Assembly (NCBI GenBank): GCA_013694995.1
Contig: JACDBH010000004.1
Span: forward strand, 192,995-256,994
Direction: 5' to 3'
DNA: 64,000 bases
Source of the DNA: Candidatus Saccharimonadota bacterium
Lineage (GTDB): Bacteria; Patescibacteriota; Saccharimonadia; Saccharimonadales; JACDBH01
Shown: one piece after another, positions 1 to 9,364 of the stretch
Position numbering within the stretch: the stretch's first letter is position 1
Layout: each line of letters starts with the position of its first letter
The notes under the pieces: model-generated
Seen by the model: only the letters and a program-made list of their open reading frames with translations
What the model was told of the DNA's origin: nothing
Database searches by the model: none
Translations under genes and position numbers: made by a program

Positions 1-50
1 TTGGTTTTTAGGCAAAATCCCTTAAGCCTGCTGGCATGGTATTGGGTATT

Positions 51-1379
51 TTAATCTTTGCTGAGCGGCATGGAGACGATAAACTCTGAGCCGACTCCTT
101 CCATGCTTTCTACTTCGATTGTGCCACCCATGGCTTCTATATACTGTTTTATAATCCAAAGCCCTAAGCCCGTACCACTGATACCCTTGGTGTTTTCAGT
201 TTGGACACGGTAAAAACGCTGAAAAAGTCGTTTACGTGCGTCCGGACTCATACCAAAACCCGTATCTTTTATGGTAGTGACAACACTATCTGTCTCTGCT
301 TTTTGAGTTATAGTGACGCTGCCTTCTTTTGTATATTTGATGGCGTTATCAATAAGATTCGTAAATATTTCCTGAAGCCGACCTTCGTCGCATTTAAGAA
401 GGGGCATAGTATCAGTTGTTTCTAGCTTAAGCTCTAGCGATTTATCGGCTGCAAAGACTTTATAATTATCAATAATCATTACTAACAACTTGGTGCTATC
501 TACTGCCGTCATGTTATAAGCAACACGACCCTGCTCGATCCGGCTGACATTGAGCAGATCTTGGACCAAGCCATTCAGACGGTCGGTCTGGGATAGGGCA
601 GTTTTGAGCTGGTTGTCAATCTGCTCATTTATTGGCCCGAAAGTACCATCCATTACGTTGGATATGTAGCCTTTAATAATACTCGTCGGTGCCTTAAGCT
701 CGTGCGTGGCAACAGAAAGGAAGTCGCTCATAGTTTGGTTGATTTCTTTTTGCCGTGCTAGTAGCCGGATATTACCTACCAGTTTAAAATGGCGAAAAAG
801 TAAGACAATTATAACAACGATACTGACCAGCAGAACAATAAAAGAAGTTGTAAAGGCTTTGTCGATAGCTTCTTCGGCATCAGTCGTAAGAATAGTGCTT
901 GATACGACCGCTATCACATTACCGGTTTCATCAATGGCCGGTGTAGCTACATTCCAGGCCTGAGCCAACTGCCCATCATTGCGGATATTTACAAACTTAG
1001 CAATCGGCAATCGGCGCTCTGAGGCAATCTTAACTTGCAGCTCCGTGCTAGCGTCCAGTTCCTGCGAGGCACTCTTAGAACTAGCAACAATTACTAATTT
1101 GCCCGATTCTTCACGAATGATGCTAGTAGCAGTAATGGCTGGTTGGGATTCCTCAAGCTTTTGCAGCTTAGCGTCTAATTCCTGAAAGTTGCCCAACGCT
1201 ACTTCAGTTTTGGCCGCCTCGGCTATTACGGCGTTAACTAGGTCTGCCTTTCGCCTTAACTCGCTGTTAAAAGCACTCCTGGTAGAACGTACGAGCAATA
1301 TAGTGTTAAGAGCAACAAGAGCGGGTATCACTAATATTACTCCTAAGGAGTAAATAATTTCCAGCTTTTCTTTCTTCAT
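51..1379 (-). CDS. sensor histidine kinase (2 TM, HisKA + HATPase_c)
   Basis: 442-aa ORF. H-box SVATHELKAPTS, N-box LIDNAIKYT, G-boxes DTGFGM and GTGLGLWIIK. N-terminal TM plus second TM IVLLVSIVVIIVLLF. Confidence 0.9.
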   Translation of the reverse strand: MKKEKLEIIYSLGVILVIPALVALNTILLVRSTRSAFNSELRRKADLVNAVIAEAAKTEVALGNFQELDAKLQKLEESQPAITATSIIREESGKLVIVASSKSASQELDASTELQVKIASERRLPIAKFVNIRNDGQLAQAWNVATPAIDETGNVIAVVSSTILTTDAEEAIDKAFTTSFIVLLVSIVVIIVLLFRHFKLVGNIRLLARQKEINQTMSDFLSVATHELKAPTSIIKGYISNVMDGTFGPINEQIDNQLKTALSQTDRLNGLVQDLLNVSRIEQGRVAYNMTAVDSTKLLVMIIDNYKVFAADKSLELKLETTDTMPLLKCDEGRLQEIFTNLIDNAIKYTKEGSVTITQKAETDSVVTTIKDTGFGMSPDARKRLFQRFYRVQTENTKGISGTGLGLWIIKQYIEAMGGTIEVESMEGVGSEFIVSMPLSKD

Positions 1380-1382
1380 GAC

Positions 1383-2990
1383 TTATAGTTTTTGGTCTTG
1401 TGGCGGTTGTTCAGCAGGTTGGTCGCTTGATGGCGGGGTTATAACGTCTGATTGGGATGCTATCGTATTATCAACTCCTGATAGTGCAGGCTTGGCTTTT
1501 CTACGGCGTAATGTCAACAGCAGCGCTGTAAGAACTAAAACAACAAGCAAGCCCGTGGCGGCGGCATAAAGTAACATACTACGGTTTGACTGCGCCGGTG
1601 TAGCTTCTTCAGCTAAGCGTAAACTGAGACCACCAGGATTTGCGTCGGCGGCCTCGGCCGTGCCTATAAAGAAAGACACCGGATCGGAGCGTTCATAAAC
1701 GCCGTCGCCACGGTCTACAACCGAATAAACTTCATGCTCACCTGATTCTATCGGGTCTTCTAGCAAGTATGTCCAGTTGCCGTTGGAATCAGTAGTTGTC
1801 GTAAGTACAAGTGGATCGGAAAATATATAAACAAATACCAGGCTGTTGGGCGCGGCTTTACCCCCGATTTTTAAGACATCAACTGTGCCAGTTTCATTTT
1901 CCTTAGTTGTGTTCTCTAGTTTGTTGAGTACCAACTGGTTATTTTTCTGCAGTTCCTTAATGGTTAAAGGCACAACTGGTGAGAAGTTGGAGGGCAAAAT
2001 ATAGTTACTACTGGCAAAGCAGACATTGAATTTTTTAATTTCCTCGAGTGTAGGTCGTGAGGCACCGGTATTTATAGCCGTAAAGCGAGCTTCCCCCAAT
2101 GCACTAATAACACAGTCTTGGGCTATCGGATTGTTTTGCAAGGTGGCCTGACGTTGTACGGTTTCCGGTGTACTTACGGCTGTAGCCGGATCCGAAGTGG
2201 TAGTAGGCGATGTAGTAGAGCTATCGGTATTAGATGTTCCCGGTTCCGGTAATGGAGAGTCGGGCGATTTGACAACAATAGGGAGAGAAAGTAATGCTTC
2301 TTTACCACCATATTTAACGCGGATAACAACATTGCCAGTACCTACCGTTTGGCCCGATGAAAATTGTGCCTGATTATGATTAGGGTTAATATTGCCGATT
2401 GTGGTACTCCATAAGTACAAACTATAAATCGTGGGGTCAAAAGCCGGAGTATTTACTTCTGCATGAACGCTGATAGGGAAGCTGAAGCTCATTGGACCCT
2501 GCCAGTTAGGCGGCTGGGCTACAGCCGTTAAATTAGCCGCAGTTGGATTAAAGATATTGAGCGATGGTCCTGGGGCAATGCACGGGCTATTAGTAGCCGT
2601 AAAGTAAACTTCCGCATCTAGATTTGCTGGACCGTTCTGGTGTAAGCCCGTTACCCAGGGCATACTCCATGAATAGGTACTGTTTGGCTGAGCACGACCT
2701 ATGGGCTGGCCATTAGAGCGGATAATTACTTTAGACATAGTCTCACTGCTCCCGCTTGGGCTACCTAAGATAACATTAGCTATGCCGCCCATTGGGTTAG
2801 TCGTGTTCCCACTTACACCTAAGGTAAAGCCAATACCGCAAGGTGGATACGATTGCGAGCTGGCCGGTACTGCGGCAACTAAATAAACTACCGATAACAG
2901 GGCTGCTGTAAGGATAAATATGAATTTTTGATTTACACGGGTTATATTCTTAATATGCATATGCTTTGATTCTACACCGTATATGGTCAA
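1383..2990 (-). CDS. cell-surface protein with N-terminal signal/anchor, Ser/Thr/Pro-rich linker and C-terminal TM anchor
   Basis: 535-aa ORF ending 3 nt upstream of the kinase start. Hydrophobic N-terminus FIFILTAALLSVVYLVAAV, linker PEPGTSNTDSSTTSPTTTSDPATAVSTPE, Ig-like/SdrD-like motif TDSNGNWTY, C-terminal TM LLYAAATGLLVVLVLTALLLTL followed by RRRK. The start could be TTG at 2990 or ATG at 2960. Confidence 0.6.
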   Translation of the reverse strand: MTIYGVESKHMHIKNITRVNQKFIFILTAALLSVVYLVAAVPASSQSYPPCGIGFTLGVSGNTTNPMGGIANVILGSPSGSSETMSKVIIRSNGQPIGRAQPNSTYSWSMPWVTGLHQNGPANLDAEVYFTATNSPCIAPGPSLNIFNPTAANLTAVAQPPNWQGPMSFSFPISVHAEVNTPAFDPTIYSLYLWSTTIGNINPNHNQAQFSSGQTVGTGNVVIRVKYGGKEALLSLPIVVKSPDSPLPEPGTSNTDSSTTSPTTTSDPATAVSTPETVQRQATLQNNPIAQDCVISALGEARFTAINTGASRPTLEEIKKFNVCFASSNYILPSNFSPVVPLTIKELQKNNQLVLNKLENTTKENETGTVDVLKIGGKAAPNSLVFVYIFSDPLVLTTTTDSNGNWTYLLEDPIESGEHEVYSVVDRGDGVYERSDPVSFFIGTAEAADANPGGLSLRLAEEATPAQSNRSMLLYAAATGLLVVLVLTALLLTLRRRKAKPALSGVDNTIASQSDVITPPSSDQPAEQPPQDQKL

Positions 2991-3235
2991 AGAAAAGCAT
3001 TTTTTGTTCTTATGTTTAAAAATTATTGCTTTTGTTGTGAATAATCTCGCTAAATTACTATGCTGTTTAGAGCTATTTTAAATAGGCTAGGGCTTAATCC
3101 TTTAGACTGATATTTATACAATAAAATTCCTACCTTACTATGTAATAAATCAAAAATAACACTGTGATATAAAGCACAGATTTAATAACACGGTAGCTAT
3201 AAACTATATTTACAAAGTAAGAGGAGACGAAAGTA

Positions 3236-3418
3236 ATGGCGAAAAAGCTATTGAAACGCATTCGTGGATTTGACTTAGTCTACGGGAAGATCCAGCAGCA
3301 ATGGGACAAGAAACTGGAAAGTCGCCGGCTAGAACACAGGAATAAAAAACTTTTCGCTCCTCGATTCTTAAAACGTACAGACCGTGATGACGAATCCATG
3401 TTCATCGTTTATTACTAG
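3236..3418 (+). CDS. small basic hypothetical protein (60 aa)
   Basis: ORF preceded by a strong SD (AAGAGGAGA, about 8 nt upstream). Lys/Arg-rich and hydrophilic. No family recognised. Confidence 0.45.
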   Translation: MAKKLLKRIRGFDLVYGKIQQQWDKKLESRRLEHRNKKLFAPRFLKRTDRDDESMFIVYY

Positions 3419-3452
3419 GTACGCATACCTATAAGCTAATATAACGCTTATG

Positions 3453-3472
3453 TTTGTAATAATTATTACAAA
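3453..3472. promoter_or_regulatory. 20-bp perfect palindrome, candidate operator
   Basis: TTTGTAATAATTATTACAAA reads identically on both strands. It lies between the two small ORFs, just after hairpin ATAAGC-N9-GCTTAT (3431-3451). Confidence 0.35.
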
Positions 3473-3556
3473 ATATTTGTTTAAAAAATCACAGAAAACA
3501 TAGTTTAATAAACGCTATGCTTAAACAACCAAAGTTTAAAAAGAAAGGTTTTTAGA

Positions 3557-3730
3557 ATGTCTCGCAAATATTTCTATGGCTATGACGATCTCGAAGTTAT
3601 ATACGAGGACTTGCATCAGGAAATGTTAAGAAAGCGGGACAAGAAAAAACGTAACATGCTAGGTAAAGAGCGTAGATATAAATTTTCGCGCCGCAACCAT
3701 CCCCATCAAAATGAAGCAATGGCTTACTAG
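3557..3730 (+). CDS. small basic hypothetical protein (57 aa, below the ORF-track cutoff)
   Basis: Hand translation: MSRKYFYGYDDLEVIYEDLHQEMLRKRDKKKRNMLGKERRYKFSRRNHPHQNEAMAY. GAAAGG sits about 9 nt upstream of the ATG. Composition and a G-[FY]-D..[VI]Y..[IL].Q stretch loosely resemble the 3236 ORF. Confidence 0.35.
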   Translation: MSRKYFYGYDDLEVIYEDLHQEMLRKRDKKKRNMLGKERRYKFSRRNHPHQNEAMAY

Positions 3731-3772
3731 CCATTGACGAAGTGATACTGACTATGGTTTTATTCTATCCAT

Positions 3773-4333
3773 ATGGCAGCAAAGACAAAAAATAACCTTT
3801 TAGATATCAAGTTAATGCTGCTACGGGCTAGCCGTCTACATTTCGTGTATGTAGCAGTCTACATATCAGCCATAATTGTATTTGATTCATGGAATCTGCT
3901 GACTCATGAGGCGGTAATGGACCGCTGGACACTGGCGGCTGTATTGCTTATTGTCACCACTATAACCTGGTATTGCAGCCGGTTGGATATAAATAATAAG
4001 AACGTCTACCACTTTTTGTTCTGGCTGCTTATTATTACCGATATTGTTTTTGCAGCTTTGAACGTTTATTGGCAGCGCGGAATGGCCAGCAAAGCCGTGA
4101 TGCTCTTCGGGGTACCTATCCTATCAGCTGCCCTACTCAAGAGCCGCAGCCTGTTGCTTACAACCGCTACTTTGTCTGCAGCTGCCTATTCGCTGGCAGC
4201 CGTCCGCTACTTCCATAAATATTACGGACAAGGCCTTAGGGTGGAGCTTTACGGCGAAGTAGGTTTTTATGTTGCTTTATTCTTTGTTTTTGCTGGCTTA
4301 CTTATAATTGGCTTCCGGGACAGCAAAAGCTAG
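3773..4333 (+). CDS. polytopic membrane protein, unknown function
   Basis: 186-aa ORF with about 6 hydrophobic segments. No catalytic motif recognised. Confidence 0.6.
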   Translation: MAAKTKNNLLDIKLMLLRASRLHFVYVAVYISAIIVFDSWNLLTHEAVMDRWTLAAVLLIVTTITWYCSRLDINNKNVYHFLFWLLIITDIVFAALNVYWQRGMASKAVMLFGVPILSAALLKSRSLLLTTATLSAAAYSLAAVRYFHKYYGQGLRVELYGEVGFYVALFFVFAGLLIIGFRDSKS

Positions 4334-4393
4334 GCTAGAAGATCTAGATCGCTAAGCTCGGAGGCAAGAAACCAGAATCGTGTTTAAAGACGA

Positions 4394-5206
4394 CTACTGT
4401 GCGTCTTCGTACTGCGACATGGCAGCATCAAGCTGGCTCTGAAGTTCTTCGGCACTCATATTCTGGTAGTCGGGAGCCTCTTTGACCGGTGATGGCTCAA
4501 TAATGTTGACGGTCTCATAGCTGTAGATCATATCACTAGAGCCTTCGGTATTGGTTAACACCATACGGCGTAATTTGTAATCCTTATCGTCAAACCAAAT
4601 GAATTGGGTAACATTAGGTTCTTCCGGGTCTACTATCTGATATTTAAAACAGGTGAGGTTTCCGCATGCTTCTTTATCTAGCTTTTTATACTCAGTATTA
4701 TCAGGAGGAGTTGTAGTGTCAGTGTCATCTTCGCTGAAATTAAAATCTAGATCATCGGTTACGTTTGCGTCTGTTGGTGCATCACTAGTGTATTTTGTCC
4801 AGGCTCCGTCAGATAAATCTTTAATATAACTTGTATTACCAATAGAAACGAAGGCGGCAACTTCAGCACCGTTCATGGTCGTAACAGAGCGGCTCTTGTC
4901 TTTGCCCTGGATTTCAAATGTCATTACGCTTGTACCTTCGGCGCTTGTGTTAGACATAACTACTTTGTAATTATCATCTTGCGACCAGTTGCTTGCGAAC
5001 TTACAAAAGTCTTGGTCATCTATTTCTTGCTTGCAAGCTTTCTCAACTTCTTTATTGGCGACAGATTGGACCTCGGTGCCAGCTTTATCCTTTTTCTGTT
5101 TGTTCATAACGTAATAACCAACACCTCCCACAGCCGTCAGTACTAGAACTATACTAATTACTAAATGTACAGCGCCTTGTTGGTCGCTTCGTAGTCTAAT
5201 AAACAT
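4394..5206 (-). CDS. membrane-anchored extracytoplasmic protein, unknown function
   Basis: 270-aa ORF. Single N-terminal TM (VHLVISIVLVLTAVGGVGYYV) followed by an acidic soluble domain. Confidence 0.6.
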   Translation of the reverse strand: MFIRLRSDQQGAVHLVISIVLVLTAVGGVGYYVMNKQKKDKAGTEVQSVANKEVEKACKQEIDDQDFCKFASNWSQDDNYKVVMSNTSAEGTSVMTFEIQGKDKSRSVTTMNGAEVAAFVSIGNTSYIKDLSDGAWTKYTSDAPTDANVTDDLDFNFSEDDTDTTTPPDNTEYKKLDKEACGNLTCFKYQIVDPEEPNVTQFIWFDDKDYKLRRMVLTNTEGSSDMIYSYETVNIIEPSPVKEAPDYQNMSAEELQSQLDAAMSQYEDAQ

Positions 5207-5341
5207 AATTTATGCCATCCCTCTGTAATAAATTTAATTGCTTGTGGTTAATTATTTTCCCTGCTTACTATTCTGTCAACTATAAAAACATGAAGCTTGC
5301 GTGAAACCAGCTCCTAAGGTACGATATTTTTGGTTTAACAA

Positions 5342-5442
5342 CTAAATATCAAGAGAGTGGCGAGGGAACTGACCCGCTGACCCACCGGCAACCTGGACTT
5401 TCAAGGTGCTACCTTCAGCCCGCTTAAGGGAAAGATATAAAG
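5342..5442 (+). promoter_or_regulatory. SAM-I (S-box) riboswitch aptamer
   Basis: AUAUCAAGAGAGUGGCGAGGGAACUGACCCGCUGACCCACCGGCAACC...UCAAGGUGCUACC...GAAAGAUAU matches the conserved S-box blocks (AGAG.GGC, GAGGGA.UG.CCC, GGCAACC, AAGGUGCUA, GAAAGAU). P1 is ATATC/GATAT. It lies directly upstream of metK. Confidence 0.85.
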
Positions 5443-5450
5443 AGCTTAAT

Positions 5451-5499
5451 ACTCCTTATTTCTAGCTTTGGACGGGGCAGATAGAAAGGAGTTTTTTTT
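5451..5499 (+). terminator. riboswitch expression platform: intrinsic terminator that also contains the metK SD
   Basis: ACTCCTT(a)TTT ... AGAAAGGAGT stem followed by T8 (5492-5499) abutting the ATG at 5500. The AGGAG SD (5487-5491) lies in the 3' arm. Confidence 0.75.
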
Positions 5500-6489
5500 A
5501 TGTCTGCTATATATAAATCGGCTGAATCAGTCAGCCCTAAACACCCCGATAAGCTCTGCGATCAAATATCGGATGCAATACTTGACGTTTATCTGACACA
5601 GGATCCTGTTTCTCGGGTGGCCGTAGAAACGGTTGGCGGCCATGGCAAAGTTTTTGTGGTTGGTGAAGTAACCTCACAAACCCAAGTAGACATAATACCA
5701 ATCGTAAAACGACTGGCCGGCAACCTTGAAATTGATTCTAGGATAGTAGCCCAAAGCCCGGAGATAGCCCAAGGGGTGGACACTGGCGGTGCCGGTGACC
5801 AGGGGATTATGGTAGGATATGCCTGCAATGAAACTCCCGAACTTCTGCCTCTAGAAGTAGTATTGTCGCGCAAACTCAATCAATTTTTGTATGATAAATG
5901 GCCATATGACGGCAAAACCCAAGTTACGCTACGGGATGGTCAAATTGAATCAGTGGTAGCTAGTTTCCAGAATGCGTCTCAAAAAGAACTCACGCAACTT
6001 ACAAAAGACTGGCTAATCCAGGAGCCATTAGCCGTGATAAATAAAAAAGCTCTTAACCTACATATTAATCCGGCTGGCGATTGGCACCAGGGCGGATTTG
6101 ACGCCGATACAGGACTCACTGGTCGAAAACTAGTGGTTGATAATTACGGGCCGAGTATTCCAATAGGTGGCGGTTGCTTCAGTGGTAAGGATCCGAGCAA
6201 AGTTGATCGTTCAGCAGCTTATATCGCCCGAAAGATTGCCATAGACTATTTGAAGACTCGGAATGCAAAAGAAGTATTTTGCCATCTTGCTTATGCTATC
6301 GGCTACGACCAGCCTTTGGAGGCAACTGTGAACATAGATGGGGTGCAGGAAACGGTTGAGGGTTATGACTTGTCCCCAAGAGGCATCATAGCATCACTTA
6401 ATCTCAGACGGCCTATATACGAGGAAACTGCCAGGTGGGGGCATTTTGGACATAGCGGCTTTCCTTGGGAGTCATCAACTAAGACCTAG
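5500..6489 (+). CDS. metK: S-adenosylmethionine synthetase, compact form (329 aa)
   Basis: Motifs SESVSPKHPDKLCDQISDAILD, GAGDQGIM, DTGLTGRKLVVDNYG, GGGCFSGKDPSKVDRSAAYIARKIA. About 55 aa shorter than E. coli MetK. Confidence 0.9.
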   Translation: MSAIYKSAESVSPKHPDKLCDQISDAILDVYLTQDPVSRVAVETVGGHGKVFVVGEVTSQTQVDIIPIVKRLAGNLEIDSRIVAQSPEIAQGVDTGGAGDQGIMVGYACNETPELLPLEVVLSRKLNQFLYDKWPYDGKTQVTLRDGQIESVVASFQNASQKELTQLTKDWLIQEPLAVINKKALNLHINPAGDWHQGGFDADTGLTGRKLVVDNYGPSIPIGGGCFSGKDPSKVDRSAAYIARKIAIDYLKTRNAKEVFCHLAYAIGYDQPLEATVNIDGVQETVEGYDLSPRGIIASLNLRRPIYEETARWGHFGHSGFPWESSTKT

Positions 6490-6568
6490 TCATGCTAAAG
6501 TACTTATGATATAATTGTATTTAATAATCAAGTATTAGTTGCAAACGTAACTATTTCGTAAGGAACCT

Positions 6569-8404
6569 ATGGCTCAAATTGTCCAGGATCCGGAAAAAAT
6601 CCGGAATATAGCTATCATTGCCCACGTCGACCATGGCAAGACGACGCTGGTTGATGGCTTACTGAAACAGTCCCAAACTTTCCGCGACAATCAAGCTGAA
6701 ATGAGCCAAAATTTAATCATGGACAGCGGCGACCAGGAAAAAGAGCGTGGCATTACGATTACAGCCAAGATTACGGCTGTTCAGCACGGTGAATATAGGA
6801 TTAATATTATTGACACTCCTGGTCATGCTGATTTTAGCGGCGAGGTCGAACGTACTCTCAATATGGCTGACGGTTGTCTACTTATAGTTGATGCTCAGGA
6901 AGGCCCGATGCCGCAGACTAAATTTGTTCTAAGTAAAGCACTAGCTAACAACCTTAAACCAATTGTAATTATAAATAAAATCGATAAAGAAGGCCGTCGG
7001 TTGGGTGCGGTTGAAGACGAGCTATCCGATCTATTTTTGGAGCTCGCCGTACATGAAGATCAGCTACACTACCCTACTTATTATGCTAATGGCCGGGCTG
7101 GAAAGGCCTGGAAAACAGTGCCGAACGACTTCGACGGCGCAGGCGATTTGGAAGTTATTTTTGAGGCAATTATTAATGAAGTACCTGCACCAAGCATCGA
7201 GCTGGACAAGCCGTTTCAAATGCTCATTAACGCCTTGGCCTGGGATAATTTTAAAGGCAAGTATGCCATTGGACGGATCACCCGCGGCCAGGTCAATGCC
7301 GGCGATACCGTAACTCTATGCAAAAAAGACGGCAAGCAGACAAAGGCCAGGGTGGACAATGTTTTCATGAGCCACGGTCTAGCTCGGTTTGAAGTAGGCA
7401 AGGGAGTCGCAGGTGATATCGTGCAACTGACAGGAATTAATGACGTTCAAATTGGTGAAACGCTTGCTGATGCCGAAGAGCCCGAAGCTTTACCTGTCCT
7501 GGAAGTCGAAGCTCCCACTCTTAGGATTTACTTGGGCCCTAATACCAGCCCGTTTAAGGGCCTGGAGGGCGAATTCAGCACCGGACGGCAGATAAAAGAA
7601 CGGCTCAATAAGGAGCTTGAGACGAACGTAGGTTTAAGAGTTGACGAAGATGGCATAGGCTTTACAGTTTCGGGGCGGGGTGAACTGCATTTAAGTGTCC
7701 TGATTGAAGCTATGCGCAGAGAGGGCTTTGAATTCGAGGTTGGCCGGCCACAAGTCGTAACCCATACTGAGAATGGCCGTGTAATGGAACCTGTCGAGGA
7801 AGTTATTATAGAGGTACCTGCCGAGCATGTCGGGGCGGTACAAATGGAACTAGGTACGCGAAGGGCTAACCTCAAAGAACAATTTAGCAGCACTAAAGGA
7901 GTTACAAAACTAATATACGACATGCCTACCCGTACCAGCCTAGGCATGCGTAATATCCTTTTGACTAGCACTAAAGGTACTATTATTATGAATACTTTGC
8001 CTATGGGCTATCAGGAGCTCGGTACTAGCCTGCAGCAGCTGCGCAATGGTGTACTTATAGCATTCGAAAATGGAATTAGCACACCTTACGCTCTCCAGAA
8101 TGTCGAAGAACGTGGCATATGTTTTATAAACCCAGCCGAAAAAGTGTATGCCGGTCAGATCATCGGCCTTAATACTCGCCAAGAAGATATGGAAATAAAT
8201 GTTTGTCGTGCCAAGCAGCTGACTAATATGCGTAGCAAATCTAGTGACGGCGCAGTTCAGCTAACGCCTCCGTTAGCGATGAGCCTAGAACAATGCCTTG
8301 ATTTTATAGAAAATGATGAGCTGCTTGAAGTGACCCCTAAGAGCCTACGCTTGCGTAAGCGTGAACTGAACCCTAATTTACGCAAGCGTGCTACAAAAAC
8401 GTAG
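6569..8404 (+). CDS. typA: translational GTPase TypA/BipA
   Basis: 611 aa. G1 [10 protein letters not shown]3 [13 protein letters not shown]. Full-length EF-G-like architecture typical of BipA. Confidence 0.95.
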   Translation: MAQIVQDPEKIRNIAIIAHVDHGKTTLVDGLLKQSQTFRDNQAEMSQNLIMDSGDQEKERGITITAKITAVQHGEYRINIIDTPGHADFSGEVERTLNMADGCLLIVDAQEGPMPQTKFVLSKALANNLKPIVIINKIDKEGRRLGAVEDELSDLFLELAVHEDQLHYPTYYANGRAGKAWKTVPNDFDGAGDLEVIFEAIINEVPAPSIELDKPFQMLINALAWDNFKGKYAIGRITRGQVNAGDTVTLCKKDGKQTKARVDNVFMSHGLARFEVGKGVAGDIVQLTGINDVQIGETLADAEEPEALPVLEVEAPTLRIYLGPNTSPFKGLEGEFSTGRQIKERLNKELETNVGLRVDEDGIGFTVSGRGELHLSVLIEAMRREGFEFEVGRPQVVTHTENGRVMEPVEEVIIEVPAEHVGAVQMELGTRRANLKEQFSSTKGVTKLIYDMPTRTSLGMRNILLTSTKGTIIMNTLPMGYQELGTSLQQLRNGVLIAFENGISTPYALQNVEERGICFINPAEKVYAGQIIGLNTRQEDMEINVCRAKQLTNMRSKSSDGAVQLTPPLAMSLEQCLDFIENDELLEVTPKSLRLRKRELNPNLRKRATKT

Positions 8405-8419
8405 TGTAAGCTTATATCT

Positions 8420-8803
8420 ATGCACGAAGTATCGGATGATGAGTTTTCAAAGCTAATCGCTGAACTTATGGACGAACTGCCGAAGGAATACATCAGCGGC
8501 CTGAAAAACGTCCTAATAACGTATGAGGACGAACCGTCGGCTGACCAACTCAACAAACAGAAACTCGCACCTTACCAGACATTATTTGGATTGTATGAAG
8601 GTGTACCACTTACTAATCGTGGCGCAGGCTACCAGCTGGTTTTACCGGACAGAATAACTATATTCAAAAAACCGATTCTTAATAACAGTGCTGATCTTAA
8701 GACTTTCCGCGCCCAAGTAAAGCACACGCTATGGCATGAAATCGCCCATTATTATGGGCTGAATCATGAACGTATCCACGAAATAGAAAAGAACTGGCAT
8801 TAA
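8420..8803 (+). CDS. zincin-like metallopeptidase family protein (DUF1025-like)
   Basis: 127 aa with C-terminal HEIAHYYG metal-binding motif and an acidic N-terminus, as in the small Zincin_1 family. Confidence 0.7.
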   Translation: MHEVSDDEFSKLIAELMDELPKEYISGLKNVLITYEDEPSADQLNKQKLAPYQTLFGLYEGVPLTNRGAGYQLVLPDRITIFKKPILNNSADLKTFRAQVKHTLWHEIAHYYGLNHERIHEIEKNWH

Positions 8804-8832
8804 AAAAACCGGGCGAATTACCCGGTTTTTTT
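8802..8832. terminator. bidirectional intrinsic terminator
   Basis: A7-ACCGGG-cgaatta-CCCGGT-T6 lies between convergent genes (8420-8803 on + and 8848-9102 on -). Confidence 0.8.
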
Positions 8833-8847
8833 AATCTCGTAAGTTTT

Positions 8848-9102
8848 TTATGGCATCAGATCGGCGCTGGCACGGTCGACCGACTGGTCGACATCATCCA
8901 TAAAATCATCTTTCCTGCCGCGCAACTCGTTAAGTTTGCGTTTAGCAGCGTCTTTTTGTTCTTTGGCTTTATCCGCTATAGATTCAGCCTGCTTCTTAAT
9001 CTTATCGCGAGTGACGTCGCCCTTTTCAGGAGCGAAAAGCATTCCAATCGCAAATCCTAAAAGGCCGAACATCATCATCTTATTTGTATGCGATGCGTCC
9101 AT
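8848..9102 (-). CDS. YtxH domain-containing protein
   Basis: 84 aa. N-terminal TM (MMMFGLLGFAIGMLFAP), then EKG..TR..I motif and a charged helical tail. GGAG SD 6-7 nt upstream. Confidence 0.7.
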   Translation of the reverse strand: MDASHTNKMMMFGLLGFAIGMLFAPEKGDVTRDKIKKQAESIADKAKEQKDAAKRKLNELRGRKDDFMDDVDQSVDRASADLMP

Positions 9103-9325
9103 AATTTACTCCTATATTCTTAGTTGTAAATGCTGGTGCCGGCAAAGCGGGCTTTTTAACCTGCTGTTTTACAAAACTGTAGGCTGATTGGATTAGTCCG
9201 CTCGTTAGCTGCCAGGTATATGACAGAATGGTCATGAAACCTAGAAGTAAGTACGAGCCAACAATCACTACAGTGCAGAAGAATATGCTGAGCTGCATAG
9301 CGGCAATCATGAAGGTTTCTATCAT
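9080..9325 (-). CDS. small membrane protein, unknown
   Basis: 81-aa ORF with two hydrophobic helices. Co-directional in the stress-protein cluster. Overlaps the next gene by 23 nt. Confidence 0.45.
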   Translation of the reverse strand: MIETFMIAAMQLSIFFCTVVIVGSYLLLGFMTILSYTWQLTSGLIQSAYSFVKQQVKKPALPAPAFTTKNIGVNYGRIAYK

Positions 9326-9364
9326 ATTAGTTATGCTCCAATTACTATTATTTAACTCTTATTG

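Noticed and set aside
7528-7971. Long antisense or alternative-frame ORFs inside well-supported genes, e.g. 7528-7971 (-), 27608-28057 (-), 36489-36824 (-), 57482-58006 (+), 32957-33328 (-), 52661-53029 (-).
   Set aside because: Each is fully nested in a conserved housekeeping gene (typA, ABC exporter, tkt-C, malic enzyme, gap, dnaE). Their translations are low-complexity Ser/Arg/Pro-rich, and they show no independent start signals.
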